From positions 3,680,001 to 3,744,000 of the forward strand of contig OY771587.1 of the NCBI GenBank assembly GCA_963674825.1: a DNA stretch of 64,000 nucleotides, read 5' to 3'. Of the stretch, positions 9,534 through 18,099 are shown one piece after another. Position numbers and translations under genes: made by a program. This stretch comes from Candidatus Cloacimonadales bacterium (GTDB lineage: Bacteria > Cloacimonadota > Cloacimonadia > Cloacimonadales > JAIOQZ01). The notes under the pieces were generated by a model. That model worked only from the letters and a program-made list of their open reading frames with translations, did no database searches and had not been told where the DNA came from. The first letter of the stretch is position 1, and every line of letters begins with the position of its first letter.

Positions 9534-11504
9534 CTATATCTCCGAGACCAGGCTATGGCTCGCGATTACTCGAATCATATTCTCGATCTGCATATCGGTG
9601 AGGTTCTTCTGTTGCGCGGCCCCGGAGGGGCATCCGCTGATGCAGGCTCCACAACCTTCGCACAGAATTTCGTTCACCACCACGATCCCCAAACGCGGAT
9701 CCTTCTCCCGTGCACCATACGGACAGAGACCAACGCAGATTCCGCAGCCGGAGCAATGGTCAGCATCGACCATAGCCACGATCGGGGAATGTTGAATCTC
9801 GTCGTGCGAGAGAAGCGCCAGCACCTTGGCTGCGGTACCGGAAGCCTGCGACACCGAATCCGGGATATCTTTTGGACCCTGGCAAGAACCTGCCAGGAAG
9901 AACCCCGCCTGAAGGCTTTCCACCGGCCTGAGCTTGGGATGCGCTTCGGTAAAGAATCCCGCGCTGTCCGAGCTGATTTTGAGCTCGTGTATCAGCTTGT
10001 CCGTGCCGTAGCTTGGAACCACGCCCATCGCCAGCACCACTAGGTCAGCGTCCACTTCTATGCGCTTGCTTGAAAGAGTGTCGATGCCGAATACGCGCAG
10101 TTGATCGCCGTGTGGATAGATACGCGCCACCTTACCGCGCACATAGACCACCTCCTCTTCGGAGACGGCTTGCTGCACAAATTCCTCGTAGCGCTTTCCT
10201 CCCGCTCTGATATCGATGTAGAACACGTACGGCTGACCGTCGTGAACCTTGTGCTTGTAGAGCTTGGCGTGCTTGAGCGTGTACATACAGCAGAACTTCG
10301 AGCAGTACGGCAGATGCCGCTCTGGATCGCGTGAACCGGAACATTGAATGAAAACAATCTCCTTAGGAACCTTGCCGTCGGACGGCCTTCGTACCTCACC
10401 GGCAGTCGGACCCGTAGCAGAAAGAATACGCTCGAATTGCAGACTGGTGATCACGTCCGGATACTTACCGTAGCCATACTCGGCAATGTTCTCGATCGGA
10501 TAGAGATCGTAACCCGTTGCCAGCACCACCGCACCGACCTTTTCTTTATAGATCGTCGGCTTGGCATCGTAGCTGATGGCCTTGGCATCGCACTTGTCGC
10601 GGCATTTTCCGCACGCAATGGGCTCGAGCCCGAGGCAATTCGCCTCATCCAGGGTGAATGTGGCCGGAATCGCCTGCGGAAACGGCATATAGATCGCCTT
10701 ACGCCATGCGAGACCCTCTTCGTGTTCAGCCGGTACCAGCACCGGACAGGCCGATGCGCAGTCACCGCACATATTACAGATATCGGGGTTCACATAGAGC
10801 GCTTTCTGCTTTACTTTTACCTCGAAGTTGCCGATGAAGCCCTCAATCGAATCCACCTCGCTGTTGACGTAGAGTTTTATATTCTTGTTCTTGCCCAGTG
10901 CCACCATTTTGGGAGATAGAATGCACTGAGAGCAGTCGAGCGTCGGGAAGGTCTCCGAAAGCTGGATCATGTGACCACCGATGGAGGGCTTTTTCTCCAC
11001 CAGAATCACCTCATAGCCGCCTTCCGCGATATCGAGCGCAGTCTGGATACCCGCGATACCACCTCCGATCACCATCGCGCGCTTGGTCAGCGATGCGGTG
11101 GAAGGAATCAGCGATTCGTTGAGCTTTAGCTTCTCGATAGCGGTCTTGATGACCAGATTCGCCTTACGCGTGGCCATCACACGGTCGGTGTGAACCCAAC
11201 TGCATTGCTCGCGGATGTTGGCGATCTCGAGTTGGTATTTGTTCAGGCCCGATTCTTCCAGAACGTTCTGGAAGGTTGATTCGTGCAGCACGGGTGAGCA
11301 TGCCGCCACGACGATCCCCTCCAGGAATTTATCCTGAATTGCTTGCTTGATGCGGTTCTGACCGGGATCGGAGCAGAGGAACATATAGTTTTCCACATGC
11401 TCCACGCCGGGATAGTTGGCAATCTGACGGGTGAGCTTCTCCACATCCACGATCTCACCGATATTTACACCGCAGTGACAGATAAATACGCCGATCTTTT
11501 TCAT
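9534..11504 (-). CDS. hdrA: Heterodisulfide reductase subunit A
   Basis: GVFICHCG; AACSP; NIREQCSWVH; GGGIAG; TFPTLDC; YCSKFCC; C-terminal 2x[4Fe-4S] motifs. Confidence 0.95.
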   Translation of the reverse strand: MKKIGVFICHCGVNIGEIVDVEKLTRQIANYPGVEHVENYMFLCSDPGQNRIKQAIQDKFLEGIVVAACSPVLHESTFQNVLEESGLNKYQLEIANIREQCSWVHTDRVMATRKANLVIKTAIEKLKLNESLIPSTASLTKRAMVIGGGIAGIQTALDIAEGGYEVILVEKKPSIGGHMIQLSETFPTLDCSQCILSPKMVALGKNKNIKLYVNSEVDSIEGFIGNFEVKVKQKALYVNPDICNMCGDCASACPVLVPAEHEEGLAWRKAIYMPFPQAIPATFTLDEANCLGLEPIACGKCRDKCDAKAISYDAKPTIYKEKVGAVVLATGYDLYPIENIAEYGYGKYPDVITSLQFERILSATGPTAGEVRRPSDGKVPKEIVFIQCSGSRDPERHLPYCSKFCCMYTLKHAKLYKHKVHDGQPYVFYIDIRAGGKRYEEFVQQAVSEEEVVYVRGKVARIYPHGDQLRVFGIDTLSSKRIEVDADLVVLAMGVVPSYGTDKLIHELKISSDSAGFFTEAHPKLRPVESLQAGFFLAGSCQGPKDIPDSVSQASGTAAKVLALLSHDEIQHSPIVAMVDADHCSGCGICVGLCPYGAREKDPRLGIVVVNEILCEGCGACISGCPSGAAQQKNLTDMQIENMIRVIASHSLVSEI

Positions 11505-12394
11505 GATCTCACCTCCGGAAGCAATCCCTTCTCGCGTAGAAGCGGTCTCGGATCGATTTCATGCAGTTTGACCCACTCTTCGTCCCAGCCTCCGCCCAAC
11601 GCGATGGACATCAGCTCGGTGAAGTAAAACACCGGCATCGTCCTGAACGTGCTGAAAGTCTCCTGCGCAAGCTTCTGACGCTGGTCGAGATTGAACGCGC
11701 ACAATGGACAACTGGTGATGATCGTCTCACAGCCGGTTTCCCAGGCGGAGTTGATCAGCTCGAACGTGCGCTTGGCCGTGACATCCTTTCGGGTGATGGT
11801 CTGATACGCTCCGCAGCATTCCAGCCGATACGGGAATGCGCGACTTTCGGCTCCGAGCGCTTCCAGGAGGTCCTCCATGATGCTGGGATCCTCAAAATCA
11901 TCAATCGCGTATTTCTCGGGACGAACCAGCAGGCAGCCGTAATATGCCCCCACTTTCATCCCTTTCAGCGCGGTGGTCACTTTCTCTTTGACCTTCTCGA
12001 AGGTGATTCGATCGCGCAAGATAGACAGCAGATGCGTGATCTGCACTTTGCCCGTATATTCGATCGGTTCTTTGTACATAAACTGGTTGACCTTGCGCAG
12101 GTTCTCTTTATCTGCATCGATAAAGTCCTTTGCTCGCCGGATGGTATTATAGCACATGCTGCACATCACGGCGAGTTCGTCAATGCCCTGCGATTCGGCC
12201 CTGAGCAGGTTTCGTATGGAAGCGATCTGGAGCATGAGGTCGTCCGTTGTTTGTGAATAGACGGTGCCACAGCAAACCCAGTCCTTCATTTCGGTCATGG
12301 GCATGCCAAGCTTGTCCATCGCACGGATAGCGGATTGCTCGAAGTGGCTCGCGTGGTTTTTCAGTGTACAGCCGGGATAGTATGCAAGATTCAT
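11501..12394 (-). CDS. hdrB: Heterodisulfide reductase subunit B
   Basis: YYPGC; two CCG domains (CCG...CSMC and CCG...CPLC); YYGCLL. Confidence 0.92.
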   Translation of the reverse strand: MNLAYYPGCTLKNHASHFEQSAIRAMDKLGMPMTEMKDWVCCGTVYSQTTDDLMLQIASIRNLLRAESQGIDELAVMCSMCYNTIRRAKDFIDADKENLRKVNQFMYKEPIEYTGKVQITHLLSILRDRITFEKVKEKVTTALKGMKVGAYYGCLLVRPEKYAIDDFEDPSIMEDLLEALGAESRAFPYRLECCGAYQTITRKDVTAKRTFELINSAWETGCETIITSCPLCAFNLDQRQKLAQETFSTFRTMPVFYFTELMSIALGGGWDEEWVKLHEIDPRPLLREKGLLPEVRS

Positions 12395-12409
12395 AACGTA
12401 CCTCTCCTT

Positions 12410-12817
12410 TTACCCGGATAGTTTGCGGAACACACTCACCAGAACAATCGGCGGTACGTCCTTGAGGTCTTCATCGCTGACGGATGTCGGCTCGATAACG
12501 CCGATCCGCTGGCGCAGATTGATGGTTCGGGCAGCTTCCATAACGCGTGAAACGTCGATTCCCTTGGGGCATCTGCTGGAGCATTGCAGGCAGGTGGAGC
12601 AGATCCAGATCGTCTCGGACTTCAAAATCTCGTCGATAGCGCCGAGTTGCGCCAGGCGCAAGACCTGGTTTGGTTTGATGTCCATGTATTCCACCACCGC
12701 GCATCCGGACGAGCAGTTGCCGCACTGGTAGCAATCGAACACGTTCTGCCCGCTGAGTTCCTGCAATTTCTGCAAGAGCGGATTACGCATCTTCTGGCGG
12801 GATATTACATATCGCAT
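12410..12817 (-). CDS. hdrC: Heterodisulfide reductase subunit C
   Basis: CYQCGNCSSGC and WICSTCLQCSSRCP. Confidence 0.92.
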   Translation of the reverse strand: MRYVISRQKMRNPLLQKLQELSGQNVFDCYQCGNCSSGCAVVEYMDIKPNQVLRLAQLGAIDEILKSETIWICSTCLQCSSRCPKGIDVSRVMEAARTINLRQRIGVIEPTSVSDEDLKDVPPIVLVSVFRKLSG

Positions 12818-12818
12818 G

Positions 12819-13355
12819 CTATTCCCCCTTATACTGATAGCCCGTATCGAGGGCCTTCATGTTCAATTCCAGAAATTTTTTCGGTACCGATTTCGCCACC
12901 GCCTTCTGCATTGCTTTAAAGGTACAGACATTCGCCTGTGCGACGGCGAAACCGAGCATCACGATGTTGGCGACGATCTTCTTGCCGAGTTCTTCCGCGA
13001 TTCGAGTCGCCGGAATGGCCTTGGCGTTGACGCGCGAATGATCCTGTATGTCCTTCACCAGATCCGTGTCATAGAGCAGGATACCGCCATCCTTGAGGTG
13101 CGGATAGAAGGTGTTGTAGCCTTCCTGCGATAGTGCCAGAAGCACATCGGAAGTATCAACGAGCGGGTAATCGACTTCGATATCCGAGATGACCACCTGT
13201 GAACTGCATGCACCGCCACGAGCCTCTGGCCCGTACGCCTGGGTCATGGAGGCATTCTTTCTATCATGGATCGACGCCGCTTCGCCCAATATATAGGAAG
13301 AGAGGATAATTCCCTGACCGCCGAAACCGCTGATTTTCACACGTAAGTCTTTCAC
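12819..13355 (-). CDS. 2-oxoacid:ferredoxin oxidoreductase gamma subunit (KorC-like)
   Basis: SGFGGQG; YGPEARGG; ANIVMLG. Confidence 0.92.
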   Translation of the reverse strand: MKDLRVKISGFGGQGIILSSYILGEAASIHDRKNASMTQAYGPEARGGACSSQVVISDIEVDYPLVDTSDVLLALSQEGYNTFYPHLKDGGILLYDTDLVKDIQDHSRVNAKAIPATRIAEELGKKIVANIVMLGFAVAQANVCTFKAMQKAVAKSVPKKFLELNMKALDTGYQYKGE

Positions 13356-14221
13356 AAGTTCCTCCAGTACTCGTTTTCGCGGTCGAGTTCCTCTTTGATA
13401 CCGATCTGAACATTTTCCCAGAAGGTCGGCTTATCGATATTCACGAAGTTACCACAAACGATTTCGCCGCTCATATCAAGCGGGATATTTGTCGGGTCGG
13501 CATTGTGGTCGATCACCGAACGTTCTTTGAATTCCTTCAGCAGGTCGAGCCCGGTACCGCCTTTGTTCTTGCGCGCGAAGACGGTCGGACATGGCGAAAC
13601 AACCTCGATGAAGCAGAATCCTCGCTTCTTCGCGGCGGTTGCAATCGAATCAGAGAGCCTGCGAACATGCAGCGCGGTCCACCTGGCAACATAAGAGGCA
13701 CCCGCGGCCGCGGCCAGGCCGCAAAGATTGAACGGATGCTCGTAGTTACCGTAGGGAGCGGTGGAGCTGTGCGCCATCAGTGGCGTGGTGGGCGCTGTCT
13801 GGCCCCCCGTCATGCCGTAGATGAAGTTGTTCACACAGATAACGTTGATATCCACGTTCCGGCGCGCTGCGTGGATCAGATGGTTGCCGCCGATCGCGAA
13901 AAGATCGCCATCGCCTGAGAAAACAAACACGTTGAGATCGCGGTTGGCGAGTTTCAAGCCTGTCGCGAAGGGAATCGCCCTTCCGTGTGTGGTATGGTAG
14001 GAATCGAGGTTGATATAGCCAGCGACGCGGCCCGTGCATCCGATGCCGGACACCACTGCGACCTTGTCGAAATCCACCTCCGCTTTCTTCAGTCCATCCA
14101 CGAATGCTGTGACATCCGAACCCAATCCGCAGGATGAACACCAGATGTGCGGCATGCGGTCCATACGGAGAAGCTTCTCCATGGGGTGTTGGCGTTCTGG
14201 TAATTTCTGTATATCACTCAT
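13352..14221 (-). CDS. korB: 2-oxoacid:ferredoxin oxidoreductase beta subunit (TPP-binding)
   Basis: WCSSCG; VSGIGC; HGRA; GDGD...NN; YGMTGGQ. Confidence 0.9.
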   Translation of the reverse strand: MSDIQKLPERQHPMEKLLRMDRMPHIWCSSCGLGSDVTAFVDGLKKAEVDFDKVAVVSGIGCTGRVAGYINLDSYHTTHGRAIPFATGLKLANRDLNVFVFSGDGDLFAIGGNHLIHAARRNVDINVICVNNFIYGMTGGQTAPTTPLMAHSSTAPYGNYEHPFNLCGLAAAAGASYVARWTALHVRRLSDSIATAAKKRGFCFIEVVSPCPTVFARKNKGGTGLDLLKEFKERSVIDHNADPTNIPLDMSGEIVCGNFVNIDKPTFWENVQIGIKEELDRENEYWRNL

Positions 14222-15368
14222 AAGCCACCTCTTCTATGGCTTTGCAAACCACGTTGAAATCGTGAATTCCTCCGCCGGGATGCGGCACGGATTTGACAGA
14301 TGCCCACTTGATCGCGCAGCGTTCCACCTCAAGCACCATCTGGCCCATGTTCAGTTCCGGTACAACGAAGCCCTTCACCTTCTGCGCCAGTTCGCGGATT
14401 CTCTTTTCCGGGAACGGCCAGGCGGTGATCAGCCGCAGGAGCCCGACCTTGATGCCCTTTTTCTTCGCCTTTTCGATGGCCGGCACCACGGTTCGCGCCG
14501 TGATTCCGTATGCGACCACGATCACGTCGGCCCCATCGGTGTCGCGCTCTTCCAGTAGGATGATGTCGTCCGCTTGATCTTTGATCTTGTTGATCAGACG
14601 CGGAACCAGTTCGAGCTGACACTCCTCGGTCATCACTGGGTAGCCTCGTTCGTCATGTGTGAGGCCGGTAGTATGGTAGCGATAGCCGTCACCGGCCTTC
14701 GCGAAATCCGGTACCATGTTCTCACCCACCTCATAAGGATTGTATTCGCCGGGCTTCTTCGTCGTGTAGCGCCGGTTAAAGATATCGATCTCATCGACGT
14801 TCGGGACGATCACCTTTTCAGTCATATGACCCACGATGGCATCGGAGAGGACGAATACCGGCAAGCGGTACTTCTCGGCGTAGTTGAACGCGACAATGGT
14901 GAGGTCGAACATCTCCTGGGGCGATTTGGGGCAAAGCGCGATGGTCATGTAATCGCCGTGCGATCCCCAGCGTGCCTGCATCATGTCCGATTGCCCCCAC
15001 AGCGTCGGAAGTCCGGTACTCGGACCACCACGCTGGACGTTGACAATAACGCATGGCGCTTCCATCATCATGCCCAAGCCGATGTTCTCCAGTTTCAGAG
15101 AGATTCCCGGACCGGAGGTTGCCGTCATCGATTTGACACCGGCCCATGAAGCACCCAGGATGCTCGCCATGGAGGCGATTTCATCCTCGAATTGGACGAA
15201 CACGCCGTCCAGAAGCGGGAGCCGGTAGGCCATACGTTCAGCAATCTCGGAAGCAGGGGTGATAGGATACCCACCGAAGAACCTGCAACCTGCCGTTACA
15301 GCGCCTTCTGCGCAGGCGATATCGCCCTGCATAAAGAATTCACCGTGTAACTTGCTTTTTTTAAACAC
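14214..15368 (-). CDS. korA: 2-oxoacid:ferredoxin oxidoreductase alpha subunit
   Basis: GYPITPASE; EDEI; TATSGPG; QRGGPSTGLPT. GTG start. Confidence 0.9.
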   Translation of the reverse strand: MFKKSKLHGEFFMQGDIACAEGAVTAGCRFFGGYPITPASEIAERMAYRLPLLDGVFVQFEDEIASMASILGASWAGVKSMTATSGPGISLKLENIGLGMMMEAPCVIVNVQRGGPSTGLPTLWGQSDMMQARWGSHGDYMTIALCPKSPQEMFDLTIVAFNYAEKYRLPVFVLSDAIVGHMTEKVIVPNVDEIDIFNRRYTTKKPGEYNPYEVGENMVPDFAKAGDGYRYHTTGLTHDERGYPVMTEECQLELVPRLINKIKDQADDIILLEERDTDGADVIVVAYGITARTVVPAIEKAKKKGIKVGLLRLITAWPFPEKRIRELAQKVKGFVVPELNMGQMVLEVERCAIKWASVKSVPHPGGGIHDFNVVCKAIEEVAYE

Positions 15369-15642
15369 TTCTGCCCTCCCTCTCGCAATCCGCCTGCACG
15401 ATGAATATCGCGAAATCTGGGCAGATCATTTCGCACAGGCCACAATAAGTGCATTGTTCGGAATGTGCAGTTATGGGAGGATGATAACCTTTTTGATTGA
15501 ACGCTGTCGAAAATTCCAGAACCTTGCGAGGACAGAATTCAATACAGTAACCGCAACCCTTGCATCGCTCCGACAGGATAACGACCTCGCCGGCGACAAT
15601 TTGAGGCTTTGGTTGTCCAAAAGGAGTTTCCCAGTACTTCAT
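15361..15642 (-). CDS. 2x[4Fe-4S] ferredoxin / oxidoreductase delta subunit
   Basis: CKGCGYCIEFCP and CTYCGLCEMICPDFAI. Confidence 0.92.
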   Translation of the reverse strand: MKYWETPFGQPKPQIVAGEVVILSERCKGCGYCIEFCPRKVLEFSTAFNQKGYHPPITAHSEQCTYCGLCEMICPDFAIFIVQADCEREGRSV

Positions 15643-16006
15643 GAAATTCTCCTGAATGATAAGTACGTGTTTTTCGATGGTAACCGTGCTTGTGAATTGG
15701 ATTGATAACCTGTTGAACGTACATGTCTGACAAAAGACAACCTTTATTTCTATTTAGTGTTTTTAATGTCAATTCACTGTAACGTACTGGGAGCAGGATC
15801 ATAAAGGATGATCCCCAAAGTTCTTAAGGCTGAGAGTTGATGAATCTGAAGAAAGTTGTCAAATTTTTTCTGCTTGCTTAATTCTGATTCGGATTCAGTT
15901 ATAGCCTTATCTTACGTCACTCACGAAAGATACGGCGTTCATGAAAATATGAAATATGTTCAGGAGCGTAGCATGCAATTGTCTTAACTTGCCGGAATTT
16001 ACTCGT

Positions 16007-16705
16007 CTATAACCCAAGCTGCCGTGCTGTCCTTTCCAGGAGTCCGTCTACGACAACCCCGACCAGGCCAATCAGGATCACACACCGAACCATCTGTGGA
16101 TAGGCAAGTATAAACCGGTAATCGAGCAGCCTGAAACCGATACCATCTTGCACGCCAAGCATTTCCGCCGCTATTACAGCCGTCCATCCCACGCCCCACA
16201 GGATACGAAAGAGATTTACCAGATTCGCTCTCAATATCGGAAGTTCAACATGCCAGAAGACATCCAGTTGGTTTGCACCGCAGATCATCGCTTCGTCAAT
16301 ATACTCCGGCGGCACGGTCACGAACATCTCGTAGACCATCAGGATTCCCGTGAACACCAGCGCGATGACCATCACAGAGTAAAGCGGCGGTTCACCGATC
16401 CCGAACCAGATGATTGCGAACGGAAGCCATACGTAGGGCGATATGTGTCGGATGAAGTTGATTGATGGCATCAGCATCCTGCGAATTGTTTGAGAGCCGT
16501 GCATCATCTTGCCGACCAGAATGCTCAGCAGCCACGAAATAGTGACAGTAATTGTTACGCGCGCGAGGGTTGTCGCGAGATCGCGGAGTAGCTGCTGCAA
16601 ATCCATGCGCGAGGTAAAGATGCTCATTGGCTTTATCCCGACGCTATATGACAGGAGTAGCAGGATACCCAGAAGCAATATATAACCTGCGATTCGCTTC
16701 ATCAC
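16007..16705 (-). CDS. ABC transporter permease (SsuC/TauC/NitT family)
   Basis: WFGIGE; EAA-like EAMICGA loop; AAEML; multiple TM segments. Confidence 0.88.
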   Translation of the reverse strand: MMKRIAGYILLLGILLLLSYSVGIKPMSIFTSRMDLQQLLRDLATTLARVTITVTISWLLSILVGKMMHGSQTIRRMLMPSINFIRHISPYVWLPFAIIWFGIGEPPLYSVMVIALVFTGILMVYEMFVTVPPEYIDEAMICGANQLDVFWHVELPILRANLVNLFRILWGVGWTAVIAAEMLGVQDGIGFRLLDYRFILAYPQMVRCVILIGLVGVVVDGLLERTARQLGL

Positions 16706-17604
16706 TCGCCCAGGTTCACGTATACTTCGTCCGGCTCGACGGTTCGTTCAAGGTAACCGCTGTGTTGCATGGCGTCGGCAGCTATCTTCTCAAAATGCTT
16801 GCCTGCATCTTCCAAGTCGCAGTCATAGCAGGTGTGATCAAGCGAGCCTTGCAGGTAGGGTAGTTCGACGTCAAAGTATCGTCCCGCAAACTCCGCGAGA
16901 TGGGTTGAATCTTCGTCCATCTGTCGGATGCTGTGCAGAATCCCGGCCTTGAGTTCGCGCAGAGCCTGCTTTTTCGTATCGAGCGCGGCTGTGTGAATCG
17001 CCAAATCGCAGCAAGGATGCTCCGGGAAATAGTCGCTATACCATGCCACGATGTGGAAGTCCTCGCCCAGCTTGAAGATCGGCGGTACGTAGAAACTTAG
17101 CGCGTCCACCTCGCCCGATTGCAGCGCAGCCGCCATCTCGATCGGTGATCGGAACGGCACCAGCGACCACCCGAGTTGTTCCTGTTCCGAGAGCATCCTA
17201 GCGAAGATATCCAGCGTCGAGGCACGCAGCACACCGATACGTGCGTCCTTCAACGACGCCAGATCGGGATGATTCCGTCCGGTTACGATGCCATCGCTTT
17301 CACGCTCCAGGAACGACAGCACTCTCACGGGTAGTCCGCGCGAAACGTCCGTCCAGGCGTAGGTAAACGGCATGATTGCTGCGTCGAGCTTACCGTTGAC
17401 AAGCGCTTCGTTCGTCTCCCAGCCTGAGCTGAAATAGTGCAGTTCCACCGCAGTCGAATCGATAATCCCATTCTCGAGCCCGTAGAGCACCGGCAGGTGG
17501 TTCATCGAAGGCCGGATCAGTCCCAGTCGGATTTTCTCCGTCTCCTTCGCGCACGATACCAGCAGAATGACCGCCATCACGACGATCGTCAATCTCTTCA
17601 TCAT
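16702..17604 (-). CDS. ABC substrate-binding lipoprotein (SsuA/NMT1-like)
   Basis: Lipobox LVSC; EALVNGKLDAA; ALQSGEVDA; HPCC. Confidence 0.85.
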   Translation of the reverse strand: MMKRLTIVVMAVILLVSCAKETEKIRLGLIRPSMNHLPVLYGLENGIIDSTAVELHYFSSGWETNEALVNGKLDAAIMPFTYAWTDVSRGLPVRVLSFLERESDGIVTGRNHPDLASLKDARIGVLRASTLDIFARMLSEQEQLGWSLVPFRSPIEMAAALQSGEVDALSFYVPPIFKLGEDFHIVAWYSDYFPEHPCCDLAIHTAALDTKKQALRELKAGILHSIRQMDEDSTHLAEFAGRYFDVELPYLQGSLDHTCYDCDLEDAGKHFEKIAADAMQHSGYLERTVEPDEVYVNLGE

Positions 17605-17617
17605 TGTTCCTCCAAAT

Positions 17618-17653
17618 AAAAAACCCCGACCGCGCAGTTGCGCAGCCAGGGTT
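17618..17653 (-). terminator. Terminator-like hairpin in the 5' leader (attenuator candidate)
   Basis: AACCCTGGCTGCGC-AACT-GCGCGGTCGGGGTT followed by TTTTATTT, immediately before the GGAGG RBS. Confidence 0.7.
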
Positions 17654-17884
17654 GGTTCAAAATCTATGAACGCGTGTTTCTTAGCTGTTTTGAGCGAGAA
17701 TCATGAAGCTACTCAAGGCGTCAAGGAAAAGCTTGTTCCTGAGTGCGCTGGCGTCTACGTCGCCTTGCCCCGAGCCACCCATGGAATCTATAGCTATTTT
17801 AACCTAAGGAACAACAATACAAATAAATACCTGACCTTCTCTGCCGATTGGAGGCTTGAAAGTGCTTGTGTTTGATGAAATAAT

Positions 17885-17989
17885 CGTTCGTCCTTCGACT
17901 CCGCTCAGGATGACACGATTATTTTGCAACACGCTGGCAGATTGACAGTTATCAACCGTGTCATCCTGAGCGGAGTCGAAGGACGAACG
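17885..17989. repeat. Perfect 33-bp inverted repeat of the CGTC/TGTC-type REP (REPIN-like)
   Basis: CGTTCGTCCTTCGACTCCGCTCAGGATGACACG (17885-17917) is the exact reverse complement of 17957-17989. Confidence 0.9.
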
Positions 17990-18062
17990 GTCGATAACGC
18001 ATCTGACATGTTTCGAACCAAGATCAACAGGAAATGGTTTCCCGGCATCTCGCTATTCCCCC

Positions 18063-18091
18063 TTGACATCCGATCCCATTCATATTATTCT
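18063..18091 (+). promoter_or_regulatory. Sigma70-type promoter
   Basis: TTGACA-N17-TATTCT ending 8 nt before ATG 18100; no RBS is visible, so the transcript may be leaderless. Confidence 0.55.
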
Positions 18092-18099
18092 GTCATGAT

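Noticed and set aside
6453..11504. Selenocysteine recoding in mvhA/mvhD/hdrA
   Set aside because: All frames are open, with Cys at the relevant positions (DPCMAC, CQWC).
15690..15707. Rex operator (TTGTGAA half-site) upstream of the kor-hdr-mvh operon
   Set aside because: The second half-site does not match TTCACAA at the correct spacing.
17733..17813. Short inverted repeats TTGTTCCTGAG / CTAAGGAACAA suggesting a MITE
   Set aside because: Only a 10/11 match, single copy, and no clear target duplication.
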